64,000 nt of DNA from Pavona decussata (taxonomy: Eukaryota): the NCBI GenBank assembly GCA_977016875.1, contig CDRNST010000025.1, positions 2,108,001 through 2,172,000 of the forward strand, given 5' to 3'. Both the position numbers and the translations under genes were made by a program. The stretch's first letter is position 1; every line of letters starts with the position of its first letter. This document shows, in pieces, positions 1-9,913 of this stretch. The notes below the pieces were generated by a model. The model searched no databases. It had not been told where the DNA came from and was given only the letters and a program-made list of their open reading frames with translations.

Positions 1-161
1 CCCGGATAATCCGGGAGAGTTGGCATGAGTGGAAAGTCTGGTCATCATAAAAATTTAGTGGATCGGATGGTCGATGGGATGTATATGAAGGTGTGGTAAG
101 CCGCTGACTATCACAGGTAAAAGGGGGCTCATTTTGACAGTATTTGAGTGGCCTTGCAGTT

Positions 162-349
162 AACAAATAGATTCCATTTTGCCGTGCGTCTGTACTCTGA
201 TAACGCACAGATGACGTCAAAACGTGGTGAGAACAAAGAAGTACGCTACGAGCCGCAGGCGAGTAGCGTGACTGATGTTCTCACCACGTTTTGACGTCCT
301 CTGTGTGTTATCAGAGTACAGACCCACGGCAAAATGGAATCTATTTGTT
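162..349. mobile_element. Palindromic MITE-like element (possibly the end of a longer repeat running to ~948)
   Basis: aacaaatagattccattttgccgtg ... cacggcaaaatggaatctatttgtt inverted arms. ttatacaat (~350) and attgtataa (~940) are also inverted. Confidence 0.7.
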
Positions 350-1071
350 TTATACAATAACCAAGACATTTCAACACATTTCGTGGGCGAGCATCGCGTT
401 GCCTGAGCTGAGTCAAAAACTTTCCAGCAAACTCAGTTTTGGACTACTACACACATGCAATTGTGATCTTCTAAATTAGAGTATAATCCGAAAGAATTTC
501 ACTAACAATATTTTCGAAACTAACCTTTATTCCAGAAGGAAATCCTGCCCTCAAAATATTACAGCATGTAAGTCGCTTCACTGCGATCTGTAATCGATTA
601 CTCGCCATTACCGGATTTCTATCGGCGACATATTTCGACAAATATTTGCTTACTTTTCACGTCACAACAAAGTTCTAGCTTTCCTATCCTGGTTGAGATC
701 ACTCTCAACGGTCTTTGTCCAATTTTTTGTTGAACAGTTTTCCTTTCCTGAGAAAATTTGCCTGTGTTTGTCCGCTACTCGCAAAAACAGTTTGCAAAAC
801 TTTGTTGACCAGTCGCTCTGGCTGGACTCTAGACTCTGATCACGTGCGCCGGTCACACCACTCGATGACGTCAATCGTGCGTCTATACTCTAATCACACA
901 CTCCTCTAGACCAATCAAAACGCGAGCTTTACACAGTTCATTGTATAATTATTCGTAGTCGGCGGATGAGGGTTATAATGTATGGAAGGAAAGTGTTGAT
1001 AGCTGCTTTGCGCTTGGTATGCAGGTAAGTTTATTACACAAGAGAGATGAATTGTGAAATAATTTGTATGT

Positions 1072-4000
1072 TTGTTGAATGAAGCTTATTTGGTTGTGAA
1101 GGTTAGGTTGATCGAGTGTTGTTCGGGTTTAATTTTTCGTTCGTGCTCGGTTAGTACTCGTAGAAGTCACCTGACAAAGCACATGCTTTCTTGTCACAGT
1201 TCGGCATCAGTTTCGGTGGTAGGTGTTGCATGTCGTAGGAGAAATTTGTCGGAAAGGTGTTTTAGCGAAATGGATACGACTAGCGATGGATATGTTTATA
1301 GTAAGTCCCTTGTATATTCAGGGACAGAAACACCTGATAAACCCTTTACTCGCCAGGGAGTAATTTCAAAAGGCGAGGAGATGTACCGAGTGTATGTCGA
1401 ATCCCCCGCTCGCTGGGGCTATGCCATTTGTAAGGAAAGCGAGAAAGTTAGAAACAAATGGAGACAAATAAAAGCCAAATGCAAAGAAATGAGAGCCAAA
1501 TGCAAACAAATCAAAGTGAAATGTGAGGAAATCAAAGGCAAATATTGTCAAATCTGTGCTAAGTACGAGCGAGTCTTTGGGAAACGCAATCAGTGTTCTG
1601 AGTGGAGCTCTCCTGAGAATAGAAAGCACACCGAAAGTGAAAGCAGATTTACCGATTGGGAAACATTTCTAAACACCCCAAGGGATAACGCGGGAGGTAA
1701 AATGAAACATAGGATATGGAGGTCAAGGTATGTCTCAAGGTGTATATTGCATTCTAGAAAGAAACGTGAAAGAGAACCTTCTAGAATTCCTTATAAAAGA
1801 GTTATTAAATTATTTGGGAAGACTAGAAAGATTCGAGACGCTGTTAAATTATACTTTAAGAAACGAATTCCAAGTTCATCTAAGTTGAAACAAGCGCTTG
1901 TCGGGTATAATCGTTATCGTTTGAGTGATCGCTTAGCAAGATCGAAGTCGGTGTTATCAAAAAGATATATTTTCAGGCAAAACTTTTATCTTTCTACTGT
2001 GCATGTGAGAACATCGAAGCATAAGAAGTCGCCATTATTATGTATGTTTGTTGATGCGAAAATGTTAAAGTTATTAAATCACCGTGTGGTTCAGAGTTAT
2101 CCGGTATCTTGTAGAGTTATATCTCTTAGTGGTGATGTTGAAGAGAATCCAGGGCCATCATCAGCATATAGTGTTGCAGTTGGTAATACAGTTTCGCTAT
2201 TAGAAACTAGGTTGTCTAGATTTGGTAGAAGTGCATTAGATGTTGGAGGAGGTGGTGATTGCTTTTTTCGAGCTGTGTCACATCAACTGTATGGCAATCC
2301 TCATTATCATCTTCATGTGCGTAACTTTGGTGTTCAGTATTTAGTGCAGAACCCTGAACAGTTTATAGAGAGTAATACTGAGTATTCATGGCAAGGATAT
2401 TTGAGTAATATGTCCTGTCAGGGAACGTGGGCTGATGGAATTATAATTCAAGCGGTAGCTAATTGTTTCAATTTATCAATTTATATTGCTGAATCAAGTG
2501 AAACGTTTAATCCTGTGACTGTAATTCAAGCAACAAATGTGACAAGAGAATGTAGAAACATTTACATTGGACATATAGGTGAAACTCATTATGTGTCCAC
2601 TGTAGAAAATAGGAGGTGTGACTTAAACAAGAATTGGTCTGGTGAAAATCTAGTTGAAAAAAAAGTTATTGACAAAAATGAAAAACATAGAGCTTACATG
2701 AAAGAATACATGAAAAAGAGAAGAGCTGATGCTGAATTTAGAAAAAAGGAGAGTCAACGTGTCTTGCAAAAAAGACGTGATAATAGTGAAATAGCTAGGG
2801 AGAAAAAGACAGAAGCTGAGAAAAAAAGTACAGTGGCAAACCTACAGGTACAATACAAGAGGGAAATTGCTAAAGAATCTAAAAGAAAAAGAAAAGAACA
2901 GAACCCTGAGCATGTAAGGGAAATTGACAAAGAATCTAAAAGAAAAAGGAAAAGAGAGAATGCTGAGCATGTAAGGGAAATTGACAAAGAATCTCAAAGA
3001 AAAAGGAAAAGAGAGAATCCTGAGCATGTAAGGGAAATTGACAAAGAATCTAAAAGAAAAAGGAAAAGAGAGAATGCTGAGCATGTAAGGGAAATTGACA
3101 AAGAATCTAAAAGAAAAAGGAAAGAACAGAATCCAGAGCATGTGAGGGAAATTGCGAAACGGTCATTTAGAAAACGAAAGGCAGAAATTAATCGAAAAGA
3201 TATCTTTAGAGTTGCACGTAGAGAAATAGTTGATGATTTCAATATAACTCCAGTAGCTGCTGAAATGGAATTGGAAAATGTAGAACATCAATTAGTAACA
3301 GCAACTAGTAGTGGTAAGTTGCAAGGACAGCAAAATAAGGATAATGTGATTGTTATGATAAATTTGTTTCACAATAACATTAAACGTGGTCCAGAATACA
3401 TTTGTACTTGTTGTGATCAGTTGTGGTATAAGTCCTCTGTAGTGAAATGTGATAGCAGCAAGTACAAGGGGTGTTCACAAAATGTTGTAGAATGTTGTCT
3501 CACTGGTTTAAGAAGTGTAGATGACGTTGAATGGATATGCAGAACATGTGACTCAAATCTAAAAAAAGGCATATTGCCCAGCTGTTCTAAAGGCAATAAA
3601 ATGACATTTCCTGATAAACCTGAGTTATTAAATTTGACACCATTAGAAGAACGACTTATATCACCTCGTATTCCATTTATGCAAATCCGTGAACTACCAA
3701 GAGGTGGCCAGTTGTCTATTCATGGGAATGTTGTTAATGTACCAAGTGATGTCAATTCAACTGTTCATTCTCTGCCAAGACTTATGAATGAATCACAAAC
3801 CATTCCAATAAAACTAAAAAGACGTCTCAGCTATAAGCATCATTACCAGTTTCAGAATGTTAGACCTAAGAAAGTGTTAGATGCAGCGAAATATCTTGTA
3901 GAGACAAGTGATTTATTCAAATCTGAAGGCATACAAGTTGAAAATTCATGGCTAGATAATATAAGTTTACAATGTATGAATGAAGACTGGAGTGAGTTTG

Positions 4001-7000
4001 TTCAAAATCCTGGCGTATTACGTAGTGATTTGCAAATAGATGATATTGTTATGAAGGAGAATTTCACACAGAGTTCATGTGAAAACAATATTTGCAGTGG
4101 TAATGTTGTTAATGCAGGCAGTGAAACAGATGATAGTGATGAATGGTGTGAAGTTGATGAACGTCCTTCAGGAGTTACAGATACACTGTTGCAGGAACCA
4201 GATGTAGTAGTAAATGCAGACAGAATTATTTCTTTTGCTCCAGGAGAAGGAAACAAACCATTAGGAATATTCATTGATAAAGATTCTGAATATCTATCAT
4301 TCCCAACTATATTCTGTGGAAAACGGAGAGCTGACAATAAGGAAAGAAAAGTGCCTGTATTATATAGTACAGTTTGCAAATGGGAGTTGAGGTGTCAAGA
4401 TAGAAGAGTTGCAATGTCTGTTCCAAATATATTTTATAAACTCAAAAAATTGCAAATCAAACGAATTCAGGATAGTGCGTGCATTTCTCTGAGAAAGTGT
4501 AAAACAAAGGGAAAAAAGTATACTGCAGGTGATCTGAAGTCAGAAAATTATCTTAATAAGCTTGTACATCTTGATGAAGGATTCAGAGTTTTAAAAAATC
4601 TAAGAGGTTCCCCTCCTTATTTTGAGAAATGCAAAAGAGACTTGTTTGCTATGATTCGTCAACTAGGCAAGCCTACGTGGTTTTGTTCTTTTTCAGCTGC
4701 AGAAACAAGGTGGACTCATCTTCTTAAAACTTTAGGTAAAATTGTAGAGAAAAAAGAGTACAGTGATGATGAGATCAAACAAATGACATGGGAGGAAAAA
4801 TCAAATCTTATACAGAAAGATCCTGTGACTTGTGCAAGAAACTTTGATCATATGGTGCAGTTGTTTTTTCGTGACATCTTAAAGAGCAGTGTCATGCCAA
4901 TAGGAGAAATAGCTGATTATTTTTACAGAGTTGAATTTCAGCAAAGAGGAAGTCCACATATTCATGGTTTATTTTGGGTAAAGGAAGCCCCAGAATATGG
5001 GAAAAGTTCAAATGAAGAAATTGCAAAATTTGTTGATAAGTATATCACTTGTCAAAAACCAGAGAATTCAAGTGAAATGGAAGATCTTGTAAATTTACAA
5101 ACACACAGGCATGCAAAAACATGTAAGAAAGGAGAGCATAAGGTATGTAGATTTAACTTTCCATTGCCTCCAGTGCCAAGGACAATGATTTTGACACCTC
5201 TTGAGAACTCCTGTTTTGATGAAGAGATGCGGGATAAGATAAAAGAAAATGCTGACAAAATAAAAGAGGTTCTTGATAGCATGAAATATGGTGAAAACAT
5301 TACATTTGGAGATTTTCTTAAGAAGTTACAATTAACTGAAGAAAGCTACATCTTAGCTGTAAGACACACCCTAAAGCGTGACACATTATTTTTGAAAAGA
5401 GCACCATCAGAAATAAGAATCAACTCTTATAACACTGATTTACTGAAAGCATGGCAGGCTAATATGGACATTCAATATGTGCTAGATCCTTATGCCTGTG
5501 CAACATACATACTTTCTTATATTACAAAAGGTCAACGAGGTATGAGTAGACTTCTAGAAAAAGCATGTGAAGAAGCTAAATCTGGTAATAATGATATTGC
5601 AAGTAGAGTTAGGCATATTGGAAATAAATTTCTAAATGCAGTTGAAATAAGTGCTCAAGAAGCTGTGTATCTTGTATTACAAATGCCAATGAGAAGATCT
5701 ACTCGTGAATTTCAGTTTATCAGTACCTCGCCTCCAGATGAAAGGGCATTTTTGTTAAAAAAACTGGATCAGCTTAAGGAATTGCCTGACAATTCACTTG
5801 ATATAGAGTCTGACAATATCATTAAACGATATCAAAGGAGACCGAAACAATTAGAAAATTTGTGTTTGGCTGACTTTGTTGCATGGTTTAATTATGTTAA
5901 AGATGAAGATACTGATGAGGGTGGTACTGCACCATCAGTCACAATAAGTGTTGATGACTTCTTACCAGAAACTAATTGTAATGACAATATTGATGATGAC
6001 CCAGTAAATAGCATTAATGTCACTGACCTTGAATATAAACCCAATGAATACAAGCTGAGAGGAGGTATGAAACTTGTAAAACGAAAGAAGTCTAAAATCA
6101 TCAGATCAGTTAGGTACCATAAAGATAAGGACCCAGAGAACCATTATAGAGAGCAATTAATGCTTTTTATACCTTGGCGAAATGAAAGCACTGACTTGAT
6201 CAAGGATTGTCAAAGTTTCCAAGAGCGCTTTGAACAGGTTAAGGATCAAATTATAACCAATAGGGAGCAATATGAATATCATTCACAAATATTAGATAAA
6301 GCAATGGAGGAGATAAATAACACGGAATGTGAGGATTTTGATAATGTTGCTCCAAATGCAGAGCATATTAATAAACAAGACTGTGTTGTTAAAGATAAAT
6401 GTAGTGAATTATTTGGTTGCTTTGAGCCTGGCAAAAATAAGCAGCATAGGGAGTATGATTTGCTTAATGACATAGGAATATTTCCAAAAAGTAATGATGA
6501 AGTGGAACTTATTACAAAGCGCATGTGTGATGATGATTATTATGCACTTGTCCGCTCTTTGAATGAAAAGCAAAGACAGTTTTTTTATCATGTGTTACAT
6601 TCAGTCAAAACCAAAAATGAGCCTGTAAGATTGTTTTTAAGTGGAGGAGCAGGAGTTGGCAAAACTACGGTAACCAATGCATTATATGAAGCAATTATAA
6701 GATATCTGAATGGGATTGCAGGAGAAAATCCAGATGATATTAAGGTTATAAAAACAGCTTCCACTGGAAAGGCATCGTTTGGCATAAGAGGTAATACACT
6801 ACACTCGACTTTTAAGATACCTATCAATAGAGGTTTTCAGTATTGTGCTCTGGATAGTGACAAACTGAATACCATTAGGACACAACTTAAAAAACTGAAG
6901 GTGATATTCATTGATGAAATCTCTATGGTAGGAAGTGGTTTGTTCAACTTTTTGAATTTAAGATTGCAACAAATAATGGGAACCAAAGAGCCATTTGGTG

Positions 7001-8706
7001 GAATAAGTGTTATAGCTGTTGGAGATCTTTTCCAGTTGAAGCCTGTTTTTGATAAGTGGATCTTTAAAAATTCTCTTATGGGCTATAATGCTTTAGCAAG
7101 TAACATTTGGACAGAGAATTTTATCCTCTTTGAGTTAACAGAAATAATGAGACAAAAGGATGATAAAGAATTTGCTAAGCTACTCAATCGCATGAGAGAG
7201 GGAAAGCATTCTAAAGATGATATAAGAATTTTGAAACAGAGACTTCTGAGAGTTAAACCTGAAGATGATCGTTATCCTATGAATGTGCCACATTTATTTT
7301 CTACGAATGACCTGGTAGAAGCTCACAACAATGCCTTATTTACCATCTCTCAAACTGATAAAGTTCAGGTCAAGGCTGTAGACATTATAATAGGGGATAT
7401 TTCTGATGATCTTAAGGAACGAATAAAGCGTAGTATCCCAGATAATCCAACAAAGACAATGGGCTTATTTTCACTACTACCAATAGCCACTGGTGGAAAA
7501 TATGATGTCTCAATTAATGTTGATGTGGGTGATGGACTTACTAATGGTGCAGATTGTGTAATAGAGAATATTGACTACAGAGTTGAAAATTCTACTAGAC
7601 CAAGTATTATTTGGGTGTCATTTTCACATGCAGATATAGGCATAAAACAACGTAGAGAAAATTGTCATTTATACAAGGCAAACACAAATAAAAATTGGAC
7701 ACCAGTTTTAGAAGTAACAAGACAATTTCAAATCAATAAAAATAGTAAAGTGCAAATTCTGCGTCGCCAATTTCCTCTGAGAGCTGCTGCTGGCAAGACT
7801 ATTCACCGCTCTCAAGGTGACACATTAGATGAAGTCGTTGTTGACTTTCCAGCATACAAAATAGAACACATGCATTATGTTGGCTTAAGTCGGGTAAGAA
7901 ATAGTTCTGCACTGCATATTTTAAACTTAAATGAAAATAAAATAAAGGTTAGTGAGGAAGTTAAACATGAAATGAGCAGGCTAAGAACAGAAGCAAGCCT
8001 AACACCCTTAGTGGTATTACACAGTATGGAGTTTCCCCAAATGACAACAATCTTGTTTCAGAATGTTCGATCTCTTCACCTGCACATAGATGATGTGCGA
8101 AGTGATTACAACATTCAAAAAGCTGATATTAACATTTTTGTTGAAACAAAACTTTGCTTGTCAGACAGTAATGATATATATGATCTAAGGGGATTTACAC
8201 TTTACAGAAATGACTTCAATTACTCTAACATAAGAAGTTGTTATGGAACTGCTGTGTACATTAAGACTGATTTGAATTGTATACAAATTCCATTAAGATT
8301 CAACTTTAATAATGTAGAAATTACTGTTATGGTTTTAAGGCATCCAATTCCAAACACTTATGTTGTTGGTATCTACCGATCGAAAACAATTGTTACAATT
8401 TCACAATTAATTGATGCCCTTAGTCACCTTCATGATGCAGTTTTGACAGAGGCTAGAGGACCTATTATCTTGCTTGGGGATTTCAATGTTAATTTAATGC
8501 AGAATACTACAGAAGTAAGGGCTCTCCAAAAATACCTGATAACAGACAAAGGATACACACAATTGATTCATCAGTATACGACTGACTACCAAACACAAAT
8601 AGATCATATTTATACTAATGTACCACAACTTGTACAATCTTCAGGTACATTAGAGTCATACTACAGTGATCATAAGCCTGTTTTTGTTTCCCTTAAAGGT
8701 GTGTGA
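1072..8706 (+). CDS. Helentron/Helitron2-type Rep-helicase-endonuclease polyprotein (2A, OTU, Zn finger, HUH Rep, PIF1-like SF1B helicase, APE/EEP endonuclease)
   Basis: Uninterrupted 2544-codon ORF. OTU motifs GGGDCFFRAVS, WADG, HYVS. Zn finger CTCC..CRTC. HUH motif VEFQQRGSPHIHGLFW and tyrosine motif YILSYITK. Helicase motifs GGAGVGKT, IDEISMV, GDLFQLKPV, EIMRQKDD, QFPL..KTIHRSQG, YVGLSR. Endonuclease motifs FQNVRSL, LGDFN, IDHIYT, SDHKP. The ORF track starts at a TTG; the likely ATG is 1183 or 1270. Confidence 0.95.
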   Translation: MLNEAYLVVKVRLIECCSGLIFRSCSVSTRRSHLTKHMLSCHSSASVSVVGVACRRRNLSERCFSEMDTTSDGYVYSKSLVYSGTETPDKPFTRQGVISKGEEMYRVYVESPARWGYAICKESEKVRNKWRQIKAKCKEMRAKCKQIKVKCEEIKGKYCQICAKYERVFGKRNQCSEWSSPENRKHTESESRFTDWETFLNTPRDNAGGKMKHRIWRSRYVSRCILHSRKKREREPSRIPYKRVIKLFGKTRKIRDAVKLYFKKRIPSSSKLKQALVGYNRYRLSDRLARSKSVLSKRYIFRQNFYLSTVHVRTSKHKKSPLLCMFVDAKMLKLLNHRVVQSYPVSCRVISLSGDVEENPGPSSAYSVAVGNTVSLLETRLSRFGRSALDVGGGGDCFFRAVSHQLYGNPHYHLHVRNFGVQYLVQNPEQFIESNTEYSWQGYLSNMSCQGTWADGIIIQAVANCFNLSIYIAESSETFNPVTVIQATNVTRECRNIYIGHIGETHYVSTVENRRCDLNKNWSGENLVEKKVIDKNEKHRAYMKEYMKKRRADAEFRKKESQRVLQKRRDNSEIAREKKTEAEKKSTVANLQVQYKREIAKESKRKRKEQNPEHVREIDKESKRKRKRENAEHVREIDKESQRKRKRENPEHVREIDKESKRKRKRENAEHVREIDKESKRKRKEQNPEHVREIAKRSFRKRKAEINRKDIFRVARREIVDDFNITPVAAEMELENVEHQLVTATSSGKLQGQQNKDNVIVMINLFHNNIKRGPEYICTCCDQLWYKSSVVKCDSSKYKGCSQNVVECCLTGLRSVDDVEWICRTCDSNLKKGILPSCSKGNKMTFPDKPELLNLTPLEERLISPRIPFMQIRELPRGGQLSIHGNVVNVPSDVNSTVHSLPRLMNESQTIPIKLKRRLSYKHHYQFQNVRPKKVLDAAKYLVETSDLFKSEGIQVENSWLDNISLQCMNEDWSEFVQNPGVLRSDLQIDDIVMKENFTQSSCENNICSGNVVNAGSETDDSDEWCEVDERPSGVTDTLLQEPDVVVNADRIISFAPGEGNKPLGIFIDKDSEYLSFPTIFCGKRRADNKERKVPVLYSTVCKWELRCQDRRVAMSVPNIFYKLKKLQIKRIQDSACISLRKCKTKGKKYTAGDLKSENYLNKLVHLDEGFRVLKNLRGSPPYFEKCKRDLFAMIRQLGKPTWFCSFSAAETRWTHLLKTLGKIVEKKEYSDDEIKQMTWEEKSNLIQKDPVTCARNFDHMVQLFFRDILKSSVMPIGEIADYFYRVEFQQRGSPHIHGLFWVKEAPEYGKSSNEEIAKFVDKYITCQKPENSSEMEDLVNLQTHRHAKTCKKGEHKVCRFNFPLPPVPRTMILTPLENSCFDEEMRDKIKENADKIKEVLDSMKYGENITFGDFLKKLQLTEESYILAVRHTLKRDTLFLKRAPSEIRINSYNTDLLKAWQANMDIQYVLDPYACATYILSYITKGQRGMSRLLEKACEEAKSGNNDIASRVRHIGNKFLNAVEISAQEAVYLVLQMPMRRSTREFQFISTSPPDERAFLLKKLDQLKELPDNSLDIESDNIIKRYQRRPKQLENLCLADFVAWFNYVKDEDTDEGGTAPSVTISVDDFLPETNCNDNIDDDPVNSINVTDLEYKPNEYKLRGGMKLVKRKKSKIIRSVRYHKDKDPENHYREQLMLFIPWRNESTDLIKDCQSFQERFEQVKDQIITNREQYEYHSQILDKAMEEINNTECEDFDNVAPNAEHINKQDCVVKDKCSELFGCFEPGKNKQHREYDLLNDIGIFPKSNDEVELITKRMCDDDYYALVRSLNEKQRQFFYHVLHSVKTKNEPVRLFLSGGAGVGKTTVTNALYEAIIRYLNGIAGENPDDIKVIKTASTGKASFGIRGNTLHSTFKIPINRGFQYCALDSDKLNTIRTQLKKLKVIFIDEISMVGSGLFNFLNLRLQQIMGTKEPFGGISVIAVGDLFQLKPVFDKWIFKNSLMGYNALASNIWTENFILFELTEIMRQKDDKEFAKLLNRMREGKHSKDDIRILKQRLLRVKPEDDRYPMNVPHLFSTNDLVEAHNNALFTISQTDKVQVKAVDIIIGDISDDLKERIKRSIPDNPTKTMGLFSLLPIATGGKYDVSINVDVGDGLTNGADCVIENIDYRVENSTRPSIIWVSFSHADIGIKQRRENCHLYKANTNKNWTPVLEVTRQFQINKNSKVQILRRQFPLRAAAGKTIHRSQGDTLDEVVVDFPAYKIEHMHYVGLSRVRNSSALHILNLNENKIKVSEEVKHEMSRLRTEASLTPLVVLHSMEFPQMTTILFQNVRSLHLHIDDVRSDYNIQKADINIFVETKLCLSDSNDIYDLRGFTLYRNDFNYSNIRSCYGTAVYIKTDLNCIQIPLRFNFNNVEITVMVLRHPIPNTYVVGIYRSKTIVTISQLIDALSHLHDAVLTEARGPIILLGDFNVNLMQNTTEVRALQKYLITDKGYTQLIHQYTTDYQTQIDHIYTNVPQLVQSSGTLESYYSDHKPVFVSLKGV
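2110..2157 (+). other. 2A-like ribosomal skipping (StopGo) motif ...ISLSGDVEENPG/P
   Basis: ggt gat gtt gaa gag aat cca ggg cca at 2131-2157, in frame. Exact D(V/I)ExNPGP consensus. Confidence 0.85.
2860..3165 (+). repeat. Coding 57-bp (19-aa) tandem repeat, ~5 units, EHVREIDKESKRKRKREN(A/P)
   Basis: gagcatgt recurs at 2908, 2965, 3022, 3079 and 3136. Confidence 0.95.
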
Positions 8707-9861
8707 ATATACATAATTGTTTTTCACACTCAACTTTGCAATTTGAAACATTGAATAATATGAGACATTAAACTGTCTTAGCTAAAAGGTAAGTTTTTGA
8801 TGATACTGTACTTACTAATTTGAATGTACTGTATTGAATAAGCCTTTAAATCACAGAGGAAACAAATTTGTTAATACTTTGCAGAGACAAAGAATATTTT
8901 CATCTTTTTAATTAATCTACAAACTCAAAGTTAACTCATTTCCAGAATTTACCTAATGCAACAATATATTTCAAGGGGAAAAAGTAACTGTCAATATTAA
9001 TTTTCTAAGGGTAAGGAAGGAATGTCTATGTGACATTTCTTTCTACCCTTTGTGCAAGCAAAATTTAACTTGTACACAATTTAAGGTAAGTTGTTGATTT
9101 TTAATTTTTAGGGGAAGGGTGGGAAACAAACAAAATAATGGTAACTCTTTCAGTTGCAGTTATACAAAGTGTTGTTATTTAAACTCTAACACATTACTTT
9201 TGTTGTTGTGTATTGTAGGTGGAACATTTTATGCTGTGGTGTACGTGACTTTATTGTATGACACTTGTGATAGAGCTACAAACTTACCATTACTGATGAG
9301 CATGTGTTATGGTCTTTTCTCCGTCAATGGTGAAGCAGAAATAAGATTGCATCATTCAAAACAAAATGGACACTATGGATACTACCAACTATTTTATTGG
9401 AGTTCAAGTTAAAGACAGTGGATGACAGTAACGTAGTAACAATACTCCTGGCAAGACTATATTTTTATGTGTGGTATTTTCAGGAAATCTGCTGAATGTT
9501 GAAAAGCTTAAGTGACAATTGGCAAGATGAGAAGTCATTATCAACATTCATGGAAGTAATATGAAAATTGCAACACATCAAACAAACATGCAGTAAAATG
9601 AACAATTAACCAAACAATAAATGGTGACTGGAGGGATATTACAAGTATATCAAGTTTACTGTGGTTTGTTACAGTAACAGCAAGTGGCTGTCTGTAGCGT
9701 TACACTGAAGTAAATGCATGGAATGAAGGGTGACATGTTACTGAAAGAAAACATGTTTGCACATGGATGACTTGAGCAAGTTGAATTTACGTTTAAACAT
9801 CTATATATCAATATTTCGGAGATTAGAAGACTGTTTTTATATAATTTTAACTGTTCATAGT

Positions 9862-9862
<1 letters not shown>

Positions 9863-9912
<50 letters not shown>
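9863..9912. repeat. (AAT)n microsatellite
   Basis: Pure AAT run. Confidence 0.95.

Positions 9913-9913
<1 letters not shown>

Noticed and set aside
2860-3165. CRISPR-like regular repeats
   Set aside because: No unique spacers; it is an in-frame coding tandem repeat in eukaryotic DNA.
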